The notes beneath the pieces are model-generated. The model was not told the DNA's origin. It ran no database searches and saw only the letters and a program-made list of their open reading frames with translations. From NCBI GenBank assembly GCA_947570215.1, contig CANOTO010000001.1:164104-228103 (forward strand): 64,000 nucleotides of DNA. The letters are read 5' to 3'. The stretch is from an uncultured Clostridia bacterium (GTDB lineage Bacteria > Bacillota > Clostridia > Christensenellales > CAG-314). Positions 26,628-34,033 of the stretch are shown piece by piece (within the stretch, counting starts at the first letter, position 1; each line of letters begins with the position of its first letter). Made by a program: the position numbers and the translations under genes.

Positions 26628-28397
26628 ATGAAACTCAACTACAAACGGACCCTGCTCGTCGGATTTGCGTTCTTCTTAATTTGCGTATTTTGGCAAGCAT
26701 ACGACACTCTCGTACCATTGATGCTGACCAACAAGTTCGGTCTCGACCAAACCTGGTCGGGCGTAATAATGTCGTTAGACAACATATTGGCGCTGTTTAT
26801 GCTGCCGCTTTTCGGCGCGCTATCCGACAAAAAGGACACTCGCTTTGGTAAACGCACGCCATTTATCTTTATAGGAACCATATGCGCCATAGTTTGCTTT
26901 ATGGGTTTGACGTTGGTAGACAACGCGCAGCTGTCCAAACTGTCCGACGGCAATAATTCCGTTTACTGGTCGAACGGCTTTGTAGTGGAAAATAAAGAGT
27001 ATCAAAGCGTAACTAACAAGGGCGTACCCAAGAAATATTCCGTTCATGACTACGCGGCGCAAATACTCAAAGGCAAAAACTTCGACGAATTGACGGAAAC
27101 GGAAAAAACGGAAGTTAAGAATTGGTACGTCGGCTTGGACTACGACCAATACTACGTTTACAACGTACAGGACAATACATACAAAGCATTGAAGACCGAA
27201 AAGGACGCAAACGGCAAATTGACATACCTGTACCAAGACGGGTCTCCGCTTGAAGACGGAGTCCGCAAAATCAACGCGTACACCGCCGTAGTATCGTCGG
27301 CGGAATCGCAATTTGCCCAATCCGTAAGTTCCCAAAACGCTTACCTGTTGGTAATATTTATAATAGTTCTGCTGCTGACATTAGTATCAATGGCAACGTT
27401 CCGTTCGCCTGCGGTTGCGTTGATGCCGGACGTAACGTTAAAGCCGCTGAGAAGCAAAGCCAACGCAATTATAAACCTTATGGGTACGGCGGGCGGTATA
27501 GTCGTACTCGGACTCGGAATGGTTTTCCAAACGGGCGCAGTCAAAAACCAAATGATGAGCTATACTTGGTTCGTATCAGCTGTATGCGGCATAATGGCTA
27601 TCGCGTTAGTTGTGTTTATCTTTACCGTAAAGGAAAAGAAATGGAATAACGAAATGCTTGAAGGGCAGGCGGCTCTGGACGCCGAAGAAGCGCAGCCTCA
27701 GGACGAAAAGGTCGAACCGACGGAAGCGTCAGCAGACAACGGAGAGAAAGCAGCTACCGCTTCCGTTTCCAAAAACAAACTGCCCAAGGATAAGCTACGG
27801 TCGCTTATACTGATACTGGCAAGCGTTGCGTTGTGGTTTATCGGCTACAACGCCATTACCAGCAAGTACAGCGTATACGCGCTTAACGAATTAAACAAAG
27901 ACTACAACGCAACCCTTATGATAGCGCAGGTCGCGGCGGTTATAGCGTATATACCCGTGGGACTTGTGGCAAGCAAAATAGGACGCAAAAAGACCATACT
28001 TATAGGCGTGGCTATGTTGACCGCGGCGTTCGGCGGAGCGATATTTATAAACAGCAGTTCGCCAACGTGGCTTATGTGGATACTGTTCGCGCTTGCGGGT
28101 ATTGCGTGGGCTACGATAAACGTCAACAGCTTCCCCATGGTTGTGGAACTGGCGCAGGGCAACGACATAGGCAAATACACGGGCTACTACTACACCGCAA
28201 GTATGGCTGCGCAGGTGGTAACCCCGATACTTTCCGGCGCGCTGATGGACGCGGTAGGCTCGATGCGCATTTTGTTCCCCTATGCAACTTTATTCGTTGC
28301 GTTGGCGTTTGTGACAATGATATTCGTCAAACACGGCGACAGCCGCCCCGAACAACCCAAAAGCAAACTGGAAATGCTGGGCGGAGACGCCGACTAG
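26628..28397 (+). CDS. MFS/GPH-like transporter with ~140-aa hydrophilic insertion
   Basis: 589 aa. GALSDKKDTRFGKRTPFIFIG motif, 12 hydrophobic segments, and a large insertion at residues ~98-237. Confidence 0.75.
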   Translation: MKLNYKRTLLVGFAFFLICVFWQAYDTLVPLMLTNKFGLDQTWSGVIMSLDNILALFMLPLFGALSDKKDTRFGKRTPFIFIGTICAIVCFMGLTLVDNAQLSKLSDGNNSVYWSNGFVVENKEYQSVTNKGVPKKYSVHDYAAQILKGKNFDELTETEKTEVKNWYVGLDYDQYYVYNVQDNTYKALKTEKDANGKLTYLYQDGSPLEDGVRKINAYTAVVSSAESQFAQSVSSQNAYLLVIFIIVLLLTLVSMATFRSPAVALMPDVTLKPLRSKANAIINLMGTAGGIVVLGLGMVFQTGAVKNQMMSYTWFVSAVCGIMAIALVVFIFTVKEKKWNNEMLEGQAALDAEEAQPQDEKVEPTEASADNGEKAATASVSKNKLPKDKLRSLILILASVALWFIGYNAITSKYSVYALNELNKDYNATLMIAQVAAVIAYIPVGLVASKIGRKKTILIGVAMLTAAFGGAIFINSSSPTWLMWILFALAGIAWATINVNSFPMVVELAQGNDIGKYTGYYYTASMAAQVVTPILSGALMDAVGSMRILFPYATLFVALAFVTMIFVKHGDSRPEQPKSKLEMLGGDAD

Positions 28398-28432
28398 CTG
28401 CACAATTATAACTGATGAAATTTTATAAAATG

Positions 28433-28461
28433 AAAAGCGGACGGCGATTGCCGTCCCTTTT
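28433..28461. terminator. Bidirectional rho-independent terminator
   Basis: aaaagcggacggc-gatt-gccgtcccttttt. Confidence 0.7.
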
Positions 28462-28661
28462 TAGTCACCGTTTTTATATAAATCGCACACTTCGACGTTA
28501 GTCGCTTTGGATATTTTCAATATTATTTCCGCATTATCCTGACCGTTTCTGTAATTCAATCTTTGTAACTCCCGTTCGGAAATTCCGCATTTTTTACAAA
28601 ACTTTTTCTTGCTTTTTTCCTGTCTTATAAGCCAATCTATCAGTTCCATTCTTATTTTCAT
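28461..28661 (-). CDS. Small XRE/Cro-like HTH protein
   Basis: Start set at MKIRMELIDW (66 aa). KKFCKKCGISERELQRLNYRNG is an HTH-like segment. Confidence 0.55.
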   Translation of the reverse strand: MKIRMELIDWLIRQEKSKKKFCKKCGISERELQRLNYRNGQDNAEIILKISKATNVEVCDLYKNGD

Positions 28662-28687
28662 AATACACCCTGTTATGCAATAATTAT

Positions 28688-28726
28688 ATATGAGAATACT
28701 CATAATGTCAATGAGTATTCTCATAT
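28688..28726. promoter_or_regulatory. Perfect 16-bp inverted repeat (7-nt spacer) in the divergent XRE/XRE promoter region; operator candidate
   Basis: atatgagaatactcat-aatgtca-atgagtattctcatat, read directly. It lies between the two start codons (28661 and 28744). Confidence 0.55.
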
Positions 28727-28743
28727 TTATGTATTATATTCTT

Positions 28744-28950
28744 ATGAAAAACTTTGCCTTGATATTAAAAGAATTGAGAACAGACAGAAAAATAAATCAA
28801 ACCGAATTGGCGATTGAATTAAAAGTAAGTCAAAGTATGATTGCGCGTTGGGAAAAGGGCGAATGCGAACCGAAGGCAAGCAATATTATTGCTATCGCCG
28901 ATTATTTTAACGTAACGACGGATTATTTACTCGGACGAAGCGATTACTGA
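28744..28950 (+). CDS. XRE-family HTH transcriptional regulator
   Basis: Start set at MKNFALILKELR (68 aa). Classic HTH_3 pattern: LKELRTDRKINQTELAIELKVSQSMIARWEKGECEP...IAIADYFNVTTDYLLGR. Confidence 0.8.
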   Translation: MKNFALILKELRTDRKINQTELAIELKVSQSMIARWEKGECEPKASNIIAIADYFNVTTDYLLGRSDY

Positions 28951-28986
28951 ATTATATCGCAAACGTGCCGTTTTTATGCAATAAAC

Positions 28987-29017
28987 AACGTCCCCTTGCA
29001 TTACGCAAGGGGACGTT
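28987..29017. terminator. Bidirectional rho-independent terminator
   Basis: aacgtccccttgc-attac-gcaaggggacgtt, followed by tttagtaatgtttttt. Confidence 0.7.
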
Positions 29018-29047
29018 TTAGTAATGTTTTTTAGCAGCCGTTTGTTA

Positions 29048-29866
29048 TTAAAGGGTATCCAACAGCTTGCAGAAGTCTACGCCGAAGCGCCTGTCCGTCC
29101 GCTTGGTAAGCTTGGCGGCGTTACCCACGAATTGCGCCGCTATTACAGCTGCGCGTTTGAGCGATACGCCGTTGAGCAATTCGCCCAACACAACCGAGCT
29201 GAACGCGTCGCCCGTGCCTGAAAAGTCGACGTCCGTACGCTCGTTGGTGACGAAGGACGTTTGACTGCCGTCCAAGACGATATTACCCAAAAGTCCGCCG
29301 CAGCGAACGCCGGTTATTACCGCTTGTTTACTGCCTACCTTGTTCAAAAAACCGCATAATTTGTCTGCGCAGTATTTGAGATAGGAGGGTTCGTTTTCGT
29401 GAGAAACAATCTCGCCGTAATCTACGTCCGCAAGCAAGCATGCTTCCGTAAGATTAGGCGTGATGCAGTCGGCTTGGCGGACAACGGCCTTCATGGCGGA
29501 AACATAACCGTCGTCAAATACGGGGTACAAACGCCCGTTATCGCCCATAATGGGGTCGACGAACAAATACGTATCTTTACAAAGAATATCCGTCACAACC
29601 GTTTGTACGCCTTGAAGCGTAGCGGTATCGTTGCAAAAACCGACGTAAAACGCGTCCGCCTTGGCGTTTGCGCAAATACGGCGGGCGAAGTCTACGGTAT
29701 CGTTGTTTTTTACCGCGGTAAAATTGTCAAAGCCCGTGTGACACGAGTAACACGCGGTAGGCACGGGCATACAGTAATGCCCCAAACGGGAAAATACGGA
29801 AATGTTTGCGACCATAGAGTTGTTACCCAAACCCGATATATCGTTAAATATCAGAATGTTTTGCAT
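29048..29866 (-). CDS. pdxK: Pyridoxal/pyridoxamine kinase-like ribokinase-fold kinase
   Basis: 272 aa. N-terminal ISGLGNNSMVANISVFSRLG...VPT...SCHTGF and C-terminal FSGTGDAFSS match the PdxK / HMP-kinase family pattern. Substrate not certain. Confidence 0.6.
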   Translation of the reverse strand: MQNILIFNDISGLGNNSMVANISVFSRLGHYCMPVPTACYSCHTGFDNFTAVKNNDTVDFARRICANAKADAFYVGFCNDTATLQGVQTVVTDILCKDTYLFVDPIMGDNGRLYPVFDDGYVSAMKAVVRQADCITPNLTEACLLADVDYGEIVSHENEPSYLKYCADKLCGFLNKVGSKQAVITGVRCGGLLGNIVLDGSQTSFVTNERTDVDFSGTGDAFSSVVLGELLNGVSLKRAAVIAAQFVGNAAKLTKRTDRRFGVDFCKLLDTL

Positions 29867-29867
29867 A

Positions 29868-30629
29868 TTATTTATCCGCTCTATCGGCAGAAGCTTCTTG
29901 CTCGCCGCATTGCCGCTCCTGCGCTTGGCTGTCCGCGCCGATGTTAGACGCTACGTCGGAATGCTCTCGGACGACCGAATCAGTAGAGTCCGTTGGCGAA
30001 TCGGAGACAGACGTCAAAGCCTGTTCGTGCTCGGATTCGGATTGGCTGTTCGGTTGCTGTTGCTGCGAAACGGGCTCGGACAAGTCCAAATTAAGCAGCG
30101 CGGCAAAAGTGCGCGTGGGTATCGCCTTCAAAATAAACCATACTGCAAAGCCCACTATCACACCGGCAAGAATACCCAAAAGAGCAAGCCACGGCATATA
30201 TGAAAACATCTCGGGAGTATTGCTTACCAAACAAAACACCACGTTTTGCGTAACGTTGTGCATAATTGCCGACACTACCGAAATTGCGACTATGCTAACC
30301 CGCGGATAGGCAAATTGCACCAAAACCGACGACACTACAACGCTTACGATACCAGCTGTTAAACTGTACATAAGCGTAGACATATTACCCGTAAACATAC
30401 TGCCGACAACAGTTCGGATAATTACTAACACGAACGCTTCGGTAGGACCCAATAAAAACAGCGTGAGCATAGAGAATATGTTGGACAAGCCCATCTTAGC
30501 TCCCGGAAGAAAAAGCGGGGGGAAAAGGCTTTCCACCATAAACATAATAAGACCCATAGCCGTTAACACCGCAAGCGTAGCTACACGTTTTGCGGAAAAG
30601 TATTTAGTTGTAAGTGCTTTGTTTTTCAT
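29868..30629 (-). CDS. Gx-transporter family (Hpre_diP_synt_I-like) membrane protein with ~75-aa Gln/Ser/Asp/Glu-rich C-terminal tail
   Basis: Start set at ATG 30629 (MKNKALTTKYF), overlapping the upstream stop (ATGA). MVESLFPPLFLPGAKMGLSNIFSMLTLFLLGP...RTVVGSMFTGN fits the family pattern. Tail: SEPVSQQQQPNSQSESEHEQ... Confidence 0.65.
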   Translation of the reverse strand: MKNKALTTKYFSAKRVATLAVLTAMGLIMFMVESLFPPLFLPGAKMGLSNIFSMLTLFLLGPTEAFVLVIIRTVVGSMFTGNMSTLMYSLTAGIVSVVVSSVLVQFAYPRVSIVAISVVSAIMHNVTQNVVFCLVSNTPEMFSYMPWLALLGILAGVIVGFAVWFILKAIPTRTFAALLNLDLSEPVSQQQQPNSQSESEHEQALTSVSDSPTDSTDSVVREHSDVASNIGADSQAQERQCGEQEASADRADK

Positions 30630-32623
30630 TCTGTAATAATTTTCAGTCTGTTGGGACTGCATACTATCGAACCGTTGGGACGGGTTATTGCCGGGAAATT
30701 TTTGACGCATTCCTGATGAAAACCGCAAACGGAATTCGTCATCTTGACTGAAAAGTCGCCGCCCGTTGTTATCGTCATCTCGTCGAATCGCCTGTCACCG
30801 TCGAAATCCTTGCTGAACGTGACAGTCAATTTGCCGTTCGTTTTGTCTACCGCAATCTCCCAGCCGCGCTCGTTGGCATTTATAACGTAGTCGTCGCGCG
30901 CGGCGTTGTACGCAAAAAGCACTTCCTGCGTTTGCATATCTATCACCTTTACGACGGTTATCTTTTCTTCGCCGCCGTCGGTAAAAAATGCCAAAAACAA
31001 CACTGCTATTACCAACGCAACCGCAACGTATACTACAATATCGCCCGTCTTAAAAGGCTTGTCGCGGCGTGCGTACTTTACATTGTCTATCGCGCTGCGC
31101 CGTCCGCGGACGAAATAGTACACCACAACGCCCACCACGCACAATCCGACCAAAACACCCAACGTAATAATCAGCCAAGTAAAATCGCCCTTGGCTTTCG
31201 CCTTGACGTTGTAGAAAAACGTTCCGTCTTGCGCCTTGTCTACCGACCAAACGTAGTCGTCGTAATTGTCGGATACCTTGGTCAAAGCCGATTGATCCAT
31301 ATTGGACAATATCTGCTTAGAGCCGTCGACGGATTGATACAAAACAAATACGTCTATGCCGTTATCCTTCAAATAACCGTTCATAAACTCTACGATTTTT
31401 TCCCTGCCCATAACGGTAAGCGCGGTAGTAAGACAGTCGCCCTTGCCAGCCCACGTACCGTTGTCCGGCGCGATAATCGTTACCAGCTTTACACCCGTTT
31501 GCGCGGGCGCTCCCGTAGATCCGTCGATAATGTGCGAGTATTCTACTCCGTTAACCGTGTATTTACGAATGTACTGCCCGCTTGTAGAAACGGACGATTT
31601 ACCGAAACGCGCCGACACCATAGCGCCGAGACCCAATACCGACTTGGGATCGAACGGGTCGGGAATTGTCATTACGTTGTCGCCGCCGTCGTAGTTGAGT
31701 CCGAACACCATACTGCTACTGCCGACGTCAACGTTGTAGCGGTCGATATGCTCGTCGGCAAACATAGCCTTGATTCCGTCGGCAACGTACCCCTTGGCGA
31801 TCCCGCCCAAATCCAACCATTGTTCGTAGCTTTCGCTGCCGACGACGGCGGGACGCACGTTCTTGGCGACGTAATAATTACCGTCTTCTTCCGAAAGCGT
31901 TACCGATTGGTCGGAAAAATCGGTGAACGAAGCCGAACTGAAAGCGTCGACGTACTTTTGTTCGGGCAACGGATAGCCGTTATTCCAAAATTCTTCGGCG
32001 GTAACCTTTCTATCATAGGGCAAACCGAACGCGCCGTTGGAGTAAATACGAGATGAAAATCCCCACAAATCTACCAAACGGTATACGGCTGGATTAAACG
32101 CGCCGTTGGTATCGCGGTACATTTCTTTGGCGACGAGCAGCATCTCGTAGGTCATCTTGTCGACGGCAAGCTTTGTTCCGACGGCCGCGTTGTTGTAGCG
32201 ATACACGTCGGATAACGGTCTGCCGTTTAAGCCGTCGTACTGCGTGTTGGCAAGAGAGTCGGCTTCGTTGATATAGTCGTGAACTCGCTCCGCAAGACGG
32301 ATAATACGCAACCGCTGCTCGCGCTGCGTTTGGGTATAGTTAGGCGTATCGTCGTTTATGTAAAAATCAACTGCGAAAGCCGCAGACGAATAGATATCCG
32401 CCGTAACCGCTATGTCTCCGCCGAAGTAGTATCCGCTGTAACGTACGCCAGTAGGCTTGCCGTCGCTTGTCGTAAGCGTGACCAACGTATATCCCCCGTG
32501 AGACGGTCTGTAATACGATTTGTCGCTTGCCGAAGCGGCGCTTGCGCTAAGCGGCGCAAACGACAGAATAAACAGCAGCAACGCTAATATAAACGTAATG
32601 GAAATTGTCTTGGCGGATTTCAT
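30626..32623 (-). CDS. apbE: FAD:protein FMN transferase (ApbE) fused via a TM hairpin to a NusG-domain-II (DUF1312)-like module
   Basis: Start preferred at ATG 32623 (MKSAKTISITFILALLL...ASA signal peptide); the track start at 32665 is a TTG inside a terminator. ApbE motifs LDLGGIAKGY, SVSTSGQY and HIIDGSTGAP. Two TM helices follow, then ...VCGFHQECV...IVCSPNRLKI, typical of NusG_II. Confidence 0.8.
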   Translation of the reverse strand: MKSAKTISITFILALLLFILSFAPLSASAASASDKSYYRPSHGGYTLVTLTTSDGKPTGVRYSGYYFGGDIAVTADIYSSAAFAVDFYINDDTPNYTQTQREQRLRIIRLAERVHDYINEADSLANTQYDGLNGRPLSDVYRYNNAAVGTKLAVDKMTYEMLLVAKEMYRDTNGAFNPAVYRLVDLWGFSSRIYSNGAFGLPYDRKVTAEEFWNNGYPLPEQKYVDAFSSASFTDFSDQSVTLSEEDGNYYVAKNVRPAVVGSESYEQWLDLGGIAKGYVADGIKAMFADEHIDRYNVDVGSSSMVFGLNYDGGDNVMTIPDPFDPKSVLGLGAMVSARFGKSSVSTSGQYIRKYTVNGVEYSHIIDGSTGAPAQTGVKLVTIIAPDNGTWAGKGDCLTTALTVMGREKIVEFMNGYLKDNGIDVFVLYQSVDGSKQILSNMDQSALTKVSDNYDDYVWSVDKAQDGTFFYNVKAKAKGDFTWLIITLGVLVGLCVVGVVVYYFVRGRRSAIDNVKYARRDKPFKTGDIVVYVAVALVIAVLFLAFFTDGGEEKITVVKVIDMQTQEVLFAYNAARDDYVINANERGWEIAVDKTNGKLTVTFSKDFDGDRRFDEMTITTGGDFSVKMTNSVCGFHQECVKNFPAITRPNGSIVCSPNRLKIITE

Positions 32624-32664
32624 AAGCAGTGATATTTTAGCATTATTCGGCAAAAATAGCAACA

Positions 32665-32690
32665 AAAAAGGAAGCGGTCGCTTCCTTTTT
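32665..32690 (-). terminator. Hairpin + U-tract between the FMN-lipoprotein gene and the ApbE fusion gene
   Basis: On the minus strand: aaaaaggaagcg-acc-gcttcctttttt. Confidence 0.6.
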
Positions 32691-32710
32691 CGAATTAAAG
32701 ATAAACGTTA

Positions 32711-34033
32711 TTATTTGCTTGCTTGATTGAAAGCGTTGTGGAGAAGATTTACATAATCCCACATATCCGTCCAAGTAGCGCCTGTTGCAACGCCGTTCTT
32801 GTCTACTAATTCGTTGTCGAGCTTGGGATTGGTAGCGCTGTTATCTTTGTTAGTCAAATCTTCTTTCTTGGTTACACCGTCAAAGCCGTTTTCTTTAACG
32901 TATTTGCAAGTAGCTTCAACGTTTGCTTTCCAACCGAGAGCATTAGCAGCAGGAGTTCCCCAATAGCCGTTTTGAGACTTGACAAGCGCAGCCGCTGTCA
33001 TAACGTCTTTCTTGTCGCCGTCTGCCATAACAACAGCAACTTCGCCGTTAGCTACCGCTTCCGCATATTTTTTACAATTTGCTTCGTCGGCAAAGAACTC
33101 TAACATAGTCTTATTGCCAACCATATAGCCCTTGGAAATTTTAGTCGTTTTTTCTTCGTCGTTTTGCGTATACGTTGCGTCGATTTCATCCGTATTATAT
33201 TCCATCGTTACGTCGGCAAATTTAACCGTCTTATAAAACAGTTTAGTTGTAGGATTGTTATGGCTTATAACTTTACCGGAAACAATGTACTCGTTCGCTT
33301 CGCCTGTGGGATTTACATAAGTGGGCAAGCAAGTTTCGTCCAACTTAGCGTCGGTAATCTTTCCGTATTTAACGGTAACGGTTGCTTGACCGACATAACC
33401 TTTTCCGTGAACAAGTCCGTAGGAAGTTGCGGTCGTACCCAAGTCGAGCAATACACAGTTAGCGTTTTCCGTCTTACCTTGAGACTTCAAAATAGCGTTT
33501 TGAACCGCAAGGATAACGCGAGCGGAAGATTGAGTTGCACCGGTGCCCTTGCCGAATTCTCCATGACCGTTCATGACAACCGCAAGTTGATCGGGAACGT
33601 ATTTAATAGTTTCGATACTGTAATCATTAGTAGTATAGGGTTCACCATTTTTGTTGATGAATACCTTGATACCGAGAACTTCTTCGGTTGTAAGACCTGT
33701 AAAGCTTTCTACCATTGCTTTACCGTACTTTCTCCAGTTGGTTTTACCTTGAGAGTCAGGCGCGGCTTCCGCTGCGGCTCCGCCGGCATATCCGTTAGAA
33801 GTCCAGTTGGGAGACAAATTCGTCCAGCCGGTTTCACTATCGGAAAGCAATTCAACATTCGTAATAACGTTACCTTGAATGGTTACCTTAACCTTTGCGC
33901 CGTAATAATTTCCTTTGGCGTACGGGTTTTCATACTTGTATTCGCCTTCGTACGTCTTGCCTGCGCAGGAAACAAGTCCTACAACGGAAAGAGTCATTAC
34001 CAAAGCAAGAACAACTACTAATGCCTTTTTCAT
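32711..34033 (-). CDS. Lipoprotein with two FMN-binding (FMN_bind-like) halves, each ending in a flavinylation motif (PplA-like)
   Basis: Start set at ATG 34033 (MKKALVVVLALV) behind GAAGGAG. Lipobox GLVSC. Motifs GKGTGATQSSARVILAVQNAI and NGVATGATWTDMWDYV match the [S/T]GA[T/S] ApbE acceptor site. Confidence 0.7.
   Translation of the reverse strand: MKKALVVVLALVMTLSVVGLVSCAGKTYEGEYKYENPYAKGNYYGAKVKVTIQGNVITNVELLSDSETGWTNLSPNWTSNGYAGGAAAEAAPDSQGKTNWRKYGKAMVESFTGLTTEEVLGIKVFINKNGEPYTTNDYSIETIKYVPDQLAVVMNGHGEFGKGTGATQSSARVILAVQNAILKSQGKTENANCVLLDLGTTATSYGLVHGKGYVGQATVTVKYGKITDAKLDETCLPTYVNPTGEANEYIVSGKVISHNNPTTKLFYKTVKFADVTMEYNTDEIDATYTQNDEEKTTKISKGYMVGNKTMLEFFADEANCKKYAEAVANGEVAVVMADGDKKDVMTAAALVKSQNGYWGTPAANALGWKANVEATCKYVKENGFDGVTKKEDLTNKDNSATNPKLDNELVDKNGVATGATWTDMWDYVNLLHNAFNQASK

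Noticed and set aside
28662-28743. N-terminal extensions of both XRE ORFs that begin with the same peptide MRILI
   Set aside because: The identical peptides arise because both ORF calls start inside the two arms of the 16-bp inverted repeat. The downstream ATGs (MKIRMEL, MKNFAL) give normal-length HTH proteins and leave the IR intergenic.
30932-32056. 374-aa plus-strand ORF opposite the ApbE fusion gene
   Set aside because: It is antisense to a gene with multiple ApbE signature motifs. The translation is Arg/Val/His-rich and featureless. The same applies to 33164-34021 opposite the FMN lipoprotein and 36038-36829 opposite the propeller lipoprotein.
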